NCBI GenBank assembly: GCA_951804945.1
Contig: OX638151.1
Location: 112,840,001-112,904,000 of the forward strand
Source: Podarcis cretensis
Lineage: Eukaryota
Direction of reading: 5' to 3'
DNA length: 64,000 bases
The notes beneath the pieces were generated by a model. That model ran no database searches. It was not told the origin of the DNA and saw only the letters and a list, made by a program, of their open reading frames with translations. Both the position numbers and the translations under genes were made by a program. Of this stretch, positions 51,485-64,000 are shown in pieces. Every line of letters begins with the position of its first letter. The first letter of the stretch is position 1.

Positions 51485-52038
51485 ATTACTACTACTACTA
51501 CTACTACTACTACCCAATTTCCTAGAGTTAAGCCTTATGGAACTTACTTCTAAGTACAGGGTTTGCTGTAAATGTCTCTGTCAGAGGCAGATGGCATGGT
51601 GGGGCTGTGCCACTTTCCTGACCTCTCTCCTGCTGAGTTGCTGCTGCATACCAGGTCCAAGAGGGATGAGGCAATGGTGCGGTCGCTGTGGTGCAAAAGT
51701 GCCTGTAGAGCCTATCTGGCACTCCTGCAGGCGAGCTTGCGCCACATCAACCTCAGCTCTCCCCTTCTCCATACCAGTATGCAGCATCAACTCTGCCAAA
51801 TGGAGGTCTGGTGAGGGGTGTGGCTCCAACACACTGCCCACTAATGGGTTTTGTGTCAGTCACTATCCCACAACAGGAGCTATCTTCCTGTGGTGGGAAT
51901 CTGGAAGGATTCCAAACACTAACCGGGAGTGACATTTGCCTTTTGGTATGGCCCACTGAAATCAGTATGCTACTGCAATAAAGGGGGAAAGAGAAACTTG
52001 GTTTATAAGAGGAGGGATAAACTCCATATACAACATAC

Positions 52039-52258
52039 TTTTTCTTACTGTCTTTTTTAGCTGTTTTCTCCAAAACCGCCCTCCGTCGCAGGTAGTCGTT
52101 TTGGATTTCATTATACTTTGTGGTATGCTCTTTTATAAGATCCGTGGTTTTTTTGTGGTGTTTCTTCACAAGGTCCTTCATTTCTTTGTAGTGCTTCTTC
52201 TGAAGTTTCACAAACGCTTTCTGTTGCTTTAGCTCCTCGATAGTTTGTGCTTCGACTT
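52039..52258 (-). CDS. PLCB1: PLCB1 exon ~26 (220 nt), distal CTD: (E)[36 protein letters not shown]...AKKDSKK(K)
   Basis: Acceptor tttttag|AA, donor AA|gtatgt; lies within ORF 51753..52292. Confidence 0.96.
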
Positions 52259-52399
52259 CTAAAAATAAAGAGAGGAAAGCTTTCTTTGTCACTATTGCTT
52301 CGTATGGACATAAAATGAAAGGCTGTCATCATGCAGACCCCATTGGAGAATTTTCAGGGCTGCATCACAATCCTGGATTTGAATGAAGTCAGCAAAAGA

Positions 52400-52745
52400 G
52401 ATGGCAGTTTGCACAGCAGCAGAAGCCATGGCATGGGAATGAGAAGGGAGGGACACACAGAGAGGGGAAGTGGTGATTTAAAACAATAACAGAAGTTTGA
52501 GTAAAGCAGGAATGGAGGGCACTGAGGGAAAATGGCGGTTTTAAGCAACAGCAGAGGTTTCAGTGAAGGAGGAACAGATGGGCACATAAGGCAATTGTGG
52601 TTTTAAACAACAGCAGAGATTTGAATAAAGCGGGAATGGAGAGACACAGAGGAAACAGCAGGGGTTTGAATAAAGAAAGGATGGAAGAAAACTGAGAGGG
52701 AAAGTGGCAGCTTTAAACAACGGCAGAAATTTCAGTGGAATGGGC
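52400..52745. repeat. Degenerate ~60-bp minisatellite
   Basis: Recurring tttaaacaacagcagaggtttgaataaag-like units, about 5 copies. Confidence 0.65.
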
Positions 52746-52945
52746 AGGTATGTTATCAATAACTTCTGATTTAAGTTAACTTGCTTTTAATATTCCATTT
52801 CATCAGTATTTTTTTTAATTAACATTTTATATTCCATGTACAACACTCAGGAGTTAAGGATGATTAAGTGGTTTATAAATCCTGTTTAATAAATAAATAG
52901 AATCAGGTTGCACTTCCTTCACACAAAAGATCACATGTTTCTTAC

Positions 52946-52999
52946 CTGTCAGGACACTCTGAATAAGATCTTCTGTTTTCGCTGGCACTTTCACAGAAC
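52946..52999 (-). CDS. PLCB1: PLCB1 exon ~25 (54 nt): (G)SVKVPAKTEDLIQSVLT(E)
   Basis: Acceptor ccatctag|GT, donor ACAG|gtaaga; phase 1 to phase 1. Confidence 0.93.
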
Positions 53000-53824
53000 C
53001 TAGATGGAAAATGCCATGAATAGTCAGTGGTTTGGAAATGACAAATATATGGCCTCAAAGCTATAGGCACACAGGTTTCCTTTTTAAGGTGAGAAAGCAT
53101 CCTTTAAACAATCTCTCCACATCCTCCTAATCCATGGAAGTTGCCATTGCTCCTCTTTTTACAAAAAAGGCAGTGAAGCTTGTTTGATTAGTCATACCTG
53201 GTATACCTTCATACGTGTCTATGAATACTGATTCAAAATCCACCTGCCCCCTGCCCCCCAGATCCCACAACCCTTACTACCTCATTCACAGGTAGTAAAG
53301 CTAGAGGTTATTTCAGAAGTTTGCTAGATCAGGCGAATAGGGTGATTGGGGGAGTGTTTCTTATGAGTCTTCTTAGCTGCAGTTATGGTGGTAGCCCTCC
53401 AAGCGGCTATGTATCATTATTTCCTTGTCCTTCTTTGCTGCTGTTTTTGCTACCATCACCTATTTCACGCATTGCCCTTCTCTCTCATCCGATACAGTCA
53501 TTGAAAATAAATTGCACAAAAACTGAACGGAAAACAAATAAAACTTAGGGGGTTTTGTGCATGTTGTAGTGCAAAATCCAGATAGAAAATAGTTGTGATG
53601 TGATCCACAAGCAAGTCCAGTGAAGGAACAAGTTACCCAAACCTGACTGTGCAGTCACCCAAACCGGGCCCCAAAATTCCCAAATCCATTAGCTTGAGCT
53701 GTATAACATAAACCCAGCTGTATAAACAAAGCTTTCCCCTTTATCAGTCCATGAAGGCTTAATGGATGGCCTTGTCAGTTCCCAGTGGAGACGGGATGGC
53801 AGATCTGGGTCTTATCTTATAGGT

Positions 53825-54220
53825 TGTAACTATCCTGACCACGCTGACGCACAGACCTTGCAAGACAGGCCTGTAAGCCCCCGCGCCCGGGGATGGCGCC
53901 AGGAGTACTCCTATAGTTAAGTGACCTTCTTATCCCAAGATAAGAGTACAGAAACAGGAATTTCTGTTCATGCTCAAGGAAGGATGTAAACTTACATGTA
54001 CAAACTCATGAGGCTGGATTCCTGGGGAGGGGAAGGGGATATAAGCTGTATGTAACTGCTCTTTAAGTGTGCTTGCTGTGGCTGATCACGCAGTGCCTTT
54101 CTGCTATCTGGAAAGCAGAAATAAGCTCTTTCTCTGAACCAACCTCGGTGTCTATTGACTCCTTCCTCCCTCCCGGGAGCAACGCAGACCCAACCAATGG
54201 GAAAGGTCTGAAAAGCTACA
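53825..54220 (+). mobile_element. Solo LTR-like element (ERV-like)
   Basis: TGTAACT...AGCTACA termini, TATA-like gatataag followed by a polyA-signal-like aaataag; no clear TSD. Confidence 0.5.
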
Positions 54221-54769
54221 CCAGGACCCTCAAATCATGTTGATCTTCTGAAAAAAAATGGGCCAAACGAATTCCTCCGCAATCCCTAGTGCCTCTTAAG
54301 TGGCTTCTCGTGAGTCTGAGATATAAAAGTATGACACAATTCAATCCACATTCCCCTATTTTCCAAAACACAGAAGAGTGAAGATTATCTACTCCTTACT
54401 CATAGCAATCCTTACTCATTTTCTCTGCAAAAGGAAAAGTAGGAGATGCAAGAAGTTCAACTTGCCAGTGGTTGCCTGCAAGTTTCTGAGCACAGAATCT
54501 ACTGATTGGCTGTTTTCTACATGGGAGGGTAGCAAAGGAGAGAGATTTTGTTACAGGTGTTGTCTTTCAAAAACAATCCAACACAGGTGTACTGATGGGC
54601 TTTATATATCTCACAAAAGAGAAAGAGGAGGGGGGGAAGCAAATGGGCTGGCCTAATTTCTATTTTGTTCTAATAGTTTTTGAACACGACGAACAAAGAC
54701 ATCTATTCAGCTGGGTTATTTTCCCCATAGAAAGAGACTATAAAAATGGCAGCGCAATCTAGTACTTAC

Positions 54770-54902
54770 CTGGTGTTGGTTGGCTGGGAGTAACCTGTGT
54801 GGATGGTTTTGGGGTGAGGGAAGTGGTGTGGTTTACTCCATTTTCAGCTGGTACCGGCTTGGGTTCAGTGTGAGCTTCTGAAGGAACATCTCCCTGTTCC
54901 GC
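54770..54902 (-). CDS. PLCB1: PLCB1 exon ~24 (133 nt), CTD linker: [44 protein letters not shown](G)
   Basis: Acceptor ttgtcag|GCG, donor CCAG|gtaagt; carries the AENGVNHT motif. Confidence 0.93.
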
Positions 54903-55008
54903 CTGACAATACAAAACAATTCCCATAAATATGCAAGGAGGCAAGCAATCTTATAGGAGCCATGCTACACTTAATTCTGGTTGTTTATTTTCTAGACCAC
55001 TTAATATA

Positions 55009-55242
55009 CAGTGGTACCTCGAGTTACAGATGCTTCAGGTTACAGACGCTTCAGGTTACAGGCTCCGCTAACCTGGAAATAGTACCTCGGGTTAAGAACT
55101 TTGCTTCAGGATGAGAACAGAAATTGTGTGGCGGCGGCAGCGGCGGGCCCCATTAGCTAAAGTGGTACCTCAGGTTAAGAACAGTTTCAGGTTAAGAATG
55201 GACCTCCAGAACTAATTAAGTTCTTAACCCGAGGTACCACTG
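55009..55242. mobile_element. Tc1/mariner MITE, family A
   Basis: cagtggtacctcg / cgaggtaccactg TIRs, TA TSD. Confidence 0.9.
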
Positions 55243-56996
55243 TATTCTAAATAACTCTAAGCAGTGTACAGAAAACTAAAACAACAATAAACAACTTAAA
55301 CAAAGTATTACAAAATGACACAGTTACAGAAATAAAAATTACATGAATATAAAGTTACTAATATATAATAATCATTATCAATTCATTTTCCTTTTGACAC
55401 ATACTTCTGAGATTAGGAAACATGGCCAATAGCTTGGACATGGATTCTACTTCCAATGATGCACAATTCTCTACCCCTAGCCAGTTGTATTCACATGCTA
55501 AGATTTATTCATATTGCAGGCTTGCTGGGGGAGTTTGTACCATACCTGGCAGAAAGTGACCCTAATCTACCTTTCAGAAAGAACTTACAAAATACCTCTA
55601 GTGCTCTTAAGAAATAGCTGCCATTACTATTTTCAGCTCCTTTGATTACTTACCAGAAAAAATAGTCTTTTGCAAAAACAAAAGCCTAGAATTAATAATG
55701 GAAATCTCACACTGCAGTAAACAGTACACTGCAGTACTATTACAACTTTTAGGAATAAACTGTCCAGTATTTCAATATTTCTATATACACCTGCATAGAC
55801 CCCACTTAAATGTATGCAAATGATAAGTCATGTTTATCCACTCATAATCACAATTAATTAGCCCTAATGGTGGGGTGCTGCAATAAAAACACTTATTGGG
55901 GTATCTTGGATCTCGGTCTTTCTTGAATGACTTATGCTCCTAATGACTTATGCTCTTCCATTCCCAGAAGACAAGGTCTATACCTTCCAGCAAGCACAGG
56001 AAATATGATTTCTGCATGTAGGTCTCAGTACACCACTGATTAATAGCATTGTACTACGCAGATATAAATATAATCTAACAGAACACACATGAAAACAAAT
56101 TACTGCTCTGTTCTCCCCAGATTAATGTCTCAGAAGTCTGATTACTAATTCACCCCCATGACACATGAATTGTTCTCAGGACAGCTCACCCATAGTTATA
56201 TCCAACAGATAAGCCTATGTAAGCAGTACCTCTATCCTTGCTGCATGCTCGGATGAATGTGCTTGCATCGCACAACCTGCTTAGGCTTTCCCCACAACCT
56301 TTCCTTCCTCGCCAGCACTCAGTGCCCATGTTTAGAGCTCATTCTTTTTTTACTACACATGGATCATCTCAACAGTAGCTATACTAGTGGCCACAGTCAT
56401 CAAAATGCATCACCGATTCCCACTGCACAAATGGAGCAGCAATGAAGGCGCAGAGTCTGAGAGTGCCGTTAGGCAGCAATCCACAAATGTATGTAGGGAG
56501 CACCTGTTGCCATGGTACCTCACTGGATTAGTTTTTCAGGCAGCTTCAGTAATAAATTGATTTGGAGGGTGTGTGAGTTCTCTCCCTAAAACACTTCAAC
56601 ATTTCAAAAATGTGTTACAGGTTCAGCAGTGGGGGAAGAGTTTAAAAGATTATAGCACAAATACATTACGCTGAAAACTTGCTCAATATTCCCATCCATG
56701 AACACTGCATGCTACAAATGAATTTTTCACTGCACCAGTTTAACTCTTCGGAAGCTACAGAACCAGGCTCTGAACATTACTGCATATCCCTTACCCATCT
56801 CTGGCATGCAGTGAAAGGCAAGAAGGCTTTATGTTTGCTCCCTCTACTTGCTTACGTTTGCAAGCTGCTTAATTCCCTGGACATCTTTATAATCTAACTG
56901 GATTTGTTTCCAATGGTGTTGCCTCTCAAAAACAAACGGCAGAATAAGATTGCTGCTACTGGGTTAGCAATCTTGGAGGTCCACTCCACTTTACCA

Positions 56997-57428
56997 TGAG
57001 GAGGAGTTGCGGTGGACCACGTGGCCACCCACTCTCTTTCGGGGGCAGGGGACGAAGTCCCGCAATGCCCGGGGGATCCCGGCCACGTCATCGCCCAGCC
57101 GACCAATCCGGTGGCTGGGGGGTGTGGCCGGGGCAATTTAAACTTTGGCACGAGCTGGAGGAACCCCTCTTTGGCTCGACCCCGACAGGAACATCTGGGG
57201 GAGCTCAAGTTGGTCAGCATCAATGGGGCTCCCCTTTCTGGTGGTTTACCCTTACCGGACTTCCTGCACATCAGGCAGGAGTCAGATATAGTCAGGTTCA
57301 TTCAATGCCTAAGTCAATAATGCTCACAGTCTGTAATCAATAAAGTTGTGGCCAGTAACATTAACATAATATCTGTGTCCTGGGGTCTTCTTTATTAAAG
57401 GGTGGTTGCAGGGTCTAGACATGCAACT
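56997..57428 (+). mobile_element. LTR-like repeat
   Basis: CpG-rich, TATA-like tttaaa then aataaagttgtggcc; related to 12990-13490. Confidence 0.45.
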
Positions 57429-58950
57429 TATTCCACTCTTCTGAAATAAAAGCTGTCCGGCAAATAAGGCTGCTTCACCTGACCATGACCAGTTTCTAAG
57501 GCTAGGGAGCAGCTACTATTAACAGTCTTCCTGGTGCCCCCTGCTCAGGTCATACCTAAACATTGGTCATCCTGGCTAGGTTGATGGTCGTTGGGAGTCC
57601 TACAACATATGGAGGGCACCAAGGCTGAGGGGAAGCTGCCATATCAGATGAAATTGCCTCTAGCTGCTGCTGAATCCAGCCCATTCCTTTCTGCCCTTGC
57701 ACTATGAGAAAACCTGTGACCTGAAGGTGATAGGATTAATAAGCATGAAGCTGGGGAATGGAACACTGAACTGTCTTCGGGAAGCAGCTCACCCAAAACT
57801 AGTCTGGGGATTTTGACTCCTCCCTTTCCGCTCTTTGACACTGAAGAGACTTATAGGAAGGGACAAACTCAGTATACAGCTCACCGATGGATCAGCCAAC
57901 GGCTAAAATTCAGGAAAGTGAGATGGATGAAAGGAGAACAGCTACAATGACTTAATAGGACCTGGGTTGTGAGGTGGTGGGGATGTATAAGAGAGGATAG
58001 GGGCTTGTATCTGTATTTCATTACTTTATAGAAGCCACCTTGGGATAGAAATATACCGATCACTTAGCTGATGAAGAGATGCATCCATTTATGTGGTTAG
58101 TTATTACAAATATCATTCTGCCTGGGTCCTTCTTTGTGTGTGCGCATGTGGAGAAGATGCTTATACAAGTCTTTCTCATCTGCTGCTGACATGCAGCTGT
58201 TCAAAGACAGAGGAATTGTTTGCAGAGGGATCCCTCACCTGGCACTGAAATACAACTGCATCTTAGGCCACACAGCAGATTTATCAGGCATTTTAGTGCA
58301 CTTAAGGCACTAAGCTAGGGACTTGCATACAATCAGAAGGATGGTTGGTTTATGTGAATGTGAAATCTTAGCATAGATAAGGCTTTCAGACAACCGCAAA
58401 TCTATCACCATATTGCAAACATGCTTGAGCAAAATTGCAAAGTGGCCAAGCTGAACCAAACATTCTGCTACCCGAGATGTCTTTATCCTCTTTACTCCAT
58501 GGTCTTTTTGCTACGTTTATTTTTGTTGTGATACTGTGACATTTACAAAAAGCAGATGTGAAATGAAAAGGGGACAAAAATTGGGCAACAAAACCAGAAT
58601 ATATCATTCAGAAGAACATCCATTATTCAGTCAATAAATAATTTTGAATGAGCCTGGGTTGTTTTCCTTATCAAGAATACAGTATTGCGAATCAGATGGG
58701 CTGGGCAGTGTAAATCTAGATTTAAATCCCCTTTCCATATGTGGAATTAATATTTAATATTAAAGTCCCAGATTTGTGTGAACAGATCTGGCATTAATGG
58801 CAGGGCGAGTGGAGGGTGGGTGTAGAGACTGAATCATAGCAGACCTACCACAACCAAACTCCCTTTTCCATTTCCTGAGGGGATTGTGCTATCTGCAATG
58901 CATCATCAAAGCAGTCCCTCTGCTACATTTCTTCAAGCCCAAATTCTCAC

Positions 58951-59060
58951 CTCTTTCCTTACTTCTTCTTCATCCTCCAGAGTCAGCGCTGCCAACTGAT
59001 TTGCTCTCTGCTCCATTAAATTCACATATCTGATAGGGTTGGATAATGCCTCAATAACAT
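58951..59060 (-). CDS. PLCB1: PLCB1 exon ~23 (110 nt), proximal CTD: (D)[36 protein letters not shown]
   Basis: Acceptor tttccag|AT, donor GAG|gtgaga; contains the ALxNPI Galpha-q-binding helix motif. Confidence 0.95.
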
Positions 59061-59697
59061 CTGGAAATGAAACAGGAATTTAGAATCAAACTTTGATTTG
59101 GTTTCAAAGGGCTATATTTATCTATCTGTTTTACAGATATGAAACAATCATTTAACAATCCTAAGGTTGTTCTTTTCATTTCTAATAAGTAATCAACATA
59201 GACTAGAATCATTCAAGTTTTTCTTGAAGAAAGGCAACAACAGCTGGCTGCATTTTATTGTCTTCCCCCACACTGATAGGACAAATCTATACAATGAGAC
59301 TGACTCTCAAGTAAGTGTGCATACCCTTGTGGCCTAAATTCACAAGTGACACACAGTAGACTAAAATATATCCATAACATTGATTATGAGAGATGGAGTG
59401 CTATTAATATTATATAGCCTCTTTAAAAATAGAGAATTAAGGCCCAGAGAACACAACTTGCAAAGAACTCTTCCAGATTCTCAATTTGCTCTGGGTTTTG
59501 GACTCAGATCTGCCCAGTCTGATCGTCATCAACCGTCTGTTTTAAAATAGACTACATCAGTAGTCTAAAAAGAAAAGGCAGCACTATGGAACTAAAGAAC
59601 ACTGTGTGGAATCGTTGACAATTACAGGGTTAACTGTACATCATGTTGGATGATGGACAGCAACTTCTTAGAACATGCATTACAACTTCTTGATAGC

Positions 59698-60050
59698 AAA
59701 AAGGTAAAGGTAAAGGACCCCTGGCAGTTAAGTCCAGTCGTGAACGACTCTGGGGTTGGGCACTCATCTCGCTTTACTCGCCGTGGAAGCCGGCGTTTGT
59801 CCGCAGACAGTTTTTCCGGGTCATGTGGCCAGCATTGCAAAACCAGAGCAGCGCACGGAAATGCCGTTTACCTTCCCACCAGAGCAGTACCTATTTATCT
59901 ACTTGCACTTTGACGTGCCTTCGAACTGCTCGGTTGGCAGGAGCTGGGACCGAGCAACAGGAGCTCACCCCATCGCGGGGATTCGAACCGCTGACCTTCT
60001 GATCAGCAAGCCCTAGGCTCAGTGGTTTAGACCACAGCGCCACCCACATG
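59698..60050 (-). mobile_element. Sauria SINE
   Basis: Reverse-complement match; TSD ttgatagc. Confidence 0.92.
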
Positions 60051-60070
60051 TTGATAGCTACTGGATGTTA

Positions 60071-60421
<351 letters not shown>

Positions 60422-61809
60422 TCATTATCACAGATGCTCTAACTGTGGAAGGCAGGGAGTGCTTGTAATATTCGATGCAGAACTTCCACTCTTAAGCAAT
60501 GTATGTAGAAATAGATATGGCCTCCACTGCAAGCAACAGCTGTGAAGAAACCCTCGAAAAAAATTATGGCAAATGTTTACTGTTGGAATGACTGAAACAC
60601 TTGGGAGCACACATCTGGGACTCTCGGAAAATAGTCTGCTTCCTTAGGGACCAGTTTTGGAGCTTCCCTTGGGATCTACGTTTATGCGATAGAATACTAA
60701 AGACAGTGTTAGTGCCTTAGCTATACCTGCTTGCAGGTTTTCAGTGTGCTAAAAATAAAGAAACACTCTTTTTGTGTCACGGAAGAAGAGTATATGGGAT
60801 TCTTGGAGGCACTATTGGTCTATTACAGCACTATTGGTCTATTACAAGTCATTTAGTAAGAACTATGCATGGTTGAGAGCCACTAATCTCTCCCTCTTTT
60901 AAATTGAGGGCATAATCAAGACTAGCACCAGGAATGGACAAGGTGTTTGAAACAGAGGGTTCCCTCCCTTTCCCTTCTTTTACCCAAGTCATGTTGGTTT
61001 GCAGATTGTTGAGAAGCAAAACGGTGGGACTTTATCAGCCCTGGAGATAAATCACCCCCAATTAGCCCCTGGGTTTTGCTTTATTAGTGTGCTATCTGGG
61101 AGAAGGAGGGAAAGAGGGAGAGGCTCCCCTTTTCTAAACACTTTGTGTGCCCTTTCTGCTGGTCTCACCACAACTTGGAAAGGAAGGGCAGGGAAGCGGA
61201 GGCAGAATATGCTCTTGGGAGGGCTGGGAGGGACAGCAGAGGGCGCTGGGAATCATATAATAAAAGTTCAGGGTTGGAAGGTGCCCCAAGAGTCATCTAG
61301 TCCAACATTTTGCAGCTTGTTAATACCTCCTCTCTTCTAAGGTAGACTGCAGTGAGCTTCCATGGTCCATACCCAGAGCTGGTAATGTTTGCTGGCATCT
61401 TCAGTAAGAACAGTATATAGAGGAAGAGGGTAAAGGAACAGGCAGGGAGATGGGGAAGGATGGAAAGTGAGCACTGCAGGGGGCTGGATTCAATGAGCAG
61501 ATCTCCAATTCTATGATCTATGGTTGATACTGTTGAAGCTGGGCTCTCAAGCTGCAATAAGCTTGAAAAAAACTGGCACACTAGAGTCCTCATAGTTCAG
61601 CTTTCAAGGTACACAGAGCACCTGCCCTCTTAGTTCATTTGGCTCATTCCCTCATTCAAAGGTGCAATTGGGTAGGAAGTTTGTTCTGGATGGGTTTACT
61701 CTATCTGAAGGAGCAGGTGTGCTGCGTGGGGGCTACTCCTTGATCCAGTGCTGCCCCTGGAGGCTCAAGAAGCACCAGCAGCAGCAGCACAAAAGCGCCT
61801 AACTTCTAA

Positions 61810-62490
61810 GTATGTCTGTTCCTGAACTGATGCAGCCTAGCCACAGTGGTGATCCACACTCTGGTAACCTCCCAATTAGACTACTTTACCGCACTCTATA
61901 TGGAGCCACCATTAGAGATGATTCAGAAGCTTCAACCAATGCAGAATGCAGCTGCCAGAATGCTGAGCAGCATAGCTAATGGCAATCATTCAACACAAAT
62001 TCTTCAGGATTTGCACTGAGCTCAATTCACGGCATTAATGTTAAATTATAAAACTTCAAATGCATTGTGGCAGAAATATCTGAAGGGGTACCTCTCACTG
62101 TATCATATTGCCGCTGTATTAATTTCTTGATGTCCTCCCACTCAGTAGAACCCCTAGCACAGTGACACAGGATAGGGCCTTCACAGTAGTGGTACCCTAT
62201 TCATAGAACCCCCTTCCCTGGGAGGTACAGCTGGTGCCACTGTTTTCTGGCTTTCAGCGCTAGTTGAAACCTTACCAGTTCACCCAGGCAACTGGATGAA
62301 CTGATTTGATAGTCAGTTTAAACAGATTTATATCTTCAGTGGTACTATTAATTTAGTTTTTGGTCTTGGTTTTGACTGTTAGCTTGATACTTTTGTTTGT
62401 TTGTTTCAATATGTGGATATCTATGTTGTAAACTGTCCTGGAATCATAACTGCAGAAGAGTGGTTCAGAGATTAAACAATAAATAAAGTG
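61810..62490 (+). mobile_element. Old, degraded L2 LINE 3' fragment
   Basis: Degenerate similarity to 50850-51484 (cagaatgcagctgccag, agggccttcacagtagtgg). Confidence 0.6.
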
Positions 62491-62503
62491 AATAAGAAGT
62501 CTA

Positions 62504-62614
<111 letters not shown>

Positions 62615-63603
62615 CTAACAAAAAAATATTTTGGGGGAAAGTATTTAATGTTTTCTGGCACACCTTGTGCACAAAGCAGGAATACTGAGACACACTGTTC
62701 AGCAAGTTAACATTGCTAGTAATCTTACATTGTCCACAGTGCTGCAACAGTTCATTCCTGGGTGAATACGCAGCTGATTACACATGATAGTTGAAATAGC
62801 ATGATCTGCAGGTCTCAACTCACTTCTTAAATACCAGAAAGAGCTGGTGACCAGGTACCTGTCACACACTCTTGCCATCACCATATATTTATCTTTCTCT
62901 GTGTCTCTTAGCAACAGATGTGATGTCATAGTAGTCCTCCTAACTAGGCAAGCACATATATCACAGTCCTTCTGGCTATGCTTTGATCAAGCTGCCCCTT
63001 TTCCAGAATTTCAGCCTCAATTGATGACACACAGGATCTTTGAAACTACAGCTGACTGCTTCTAGATACTGTAGAACTGGAGATGGGTAGAGGGTAGAAT
63101 CCATTGATTCCAAATTCTGGGTTACATAAGCACGCTCCCCCTGTCATATACCAATACACTACAGAAGTACCGGTATGTGCCCTAGATTTTCATATGACAC
63201 ATTTGGTTGGGGGAGTCTAACCGATTTTGAGGAGCAGGTGGGCAATGGGATAGTTCTCACAATTGGACTGTTGCTTTATTTTACACAGCTGCAAGAGGAT
63301 CTCGCTTTTCAGGTCAAATTTCAACACTTGTTTGCTTTGACAAATAATCTACCATAAACTTATACAATTAGATTAAGCATGTTGTTTGCTAAGGGTTTTC
63401 ATTCTTCCGCCATAATCCCTTTTATTACTAGAAAAAAAAGAGATGTGGCAAGTTTTTCTTTCCCTATGTAGCACCTAAAAATAAACTCATTATATATTGT
63501 CTCTCCAGAATTACTTTTAGGATTTCTGGGGAATGGGGCAGGACATATTTGCCTTCTCAGAGGGCACTTTCCCCATCTCTATTACCTGATGCGGTGGCTA
63601 AGG

Positions 63604-63809
63604 CAGAGCTTTCCAAACTTTTCATGTTGGTGACGCAATTTTTAGACCTACATCATTTTGTGACATAGTAATTCAGTTTTACCAGCAACCCAGAGGGTAA
63701 ACTAACCCCTTTCCAGCCCTTGGAGGAGTGCAGGGAGCATTAATGCAACAAACCTACACACTGCAGCTAACACACTAATGTGTCGCGACACACAGTTTGG
63801 AAAGCTCTG
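63604..63809. mobile_element. hAT-type MITE inserted into an old CORE/MIR-like SINE (~63589-63968)
   Basis: TIR cagagctttccaaact / agtttggaaagctctg; 8-bp TSD ggcta[a/t]gg. Confidence 0.85.
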
Positions 63810-64000
63810 GGCTATGGCAATGAGCTGTGATCCAAGCCACTGCTACTTCATCTCAGCCAGCTTATTCGCTGAGCCGCAGGCAACCTCAACCTCTGCACCC
63901 CCCTCCGATCTGCAATATGAGGATGGTTATACAGGCCTGCTTAGCAGGGATGCTGTAAGGGTGACTATATATATATATTTATATAATTGCTCCGAACACT

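Noticed and set aside
60810-60847. Short tandem duplications (also near 4916, 18815 and 55926)
   Set aside because: Ordinary slippage duplications with no sign of function

Overview
This is vertebrate genomic DNA, not prokaryotic. The repeat content (Sauria SINEs, Bov-B LINEs) points to a squamate reptile, probably a lacertid lizard (inference). The window lies within the 3' part of phospholipase C beta 1 (PLCB1) on the minus strand. I resolved 11 GT-AG coding exons from 62614 down to 35564. They total 1203 nt (401 codons), splice with consistent phases, and encode the end of the C2 domain plus the C-terminal coiled-coil domain. Positions 1-35563 appear to be the long last intron: I did not find the canonical PLCB1a last exon or a mammalian-type 1b exon there. 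The rest is intronic and rich in transposable elements: 9 Sauria SINEs, 6 Bov-B 3' fragments, L1 and L2 fragments, Tc1/mariner-type and hAT MITEs, solo-LTR-like elements and microsatellites. Nearly all ORFs in the track are spurious or TE-derived. I see no evidence of a wholly new multi-gene system. The best leads are: (1) a candidate alternative terminal exon giving PLCB1 a short DRNTFLSQ* tail; (2) a 4-aa in-frame deletion in the distal CTD; (3) Bov-B-family insertions sitting in the loops of inverted repeats, including a double-SINE/hairpin structure; (4) an inverted SINE pair next to the last detected donor site; (5) a DNA transposon carrying a 154-bp tandem array. Exon numbers follow human PLCB1 from memory and are approximate.
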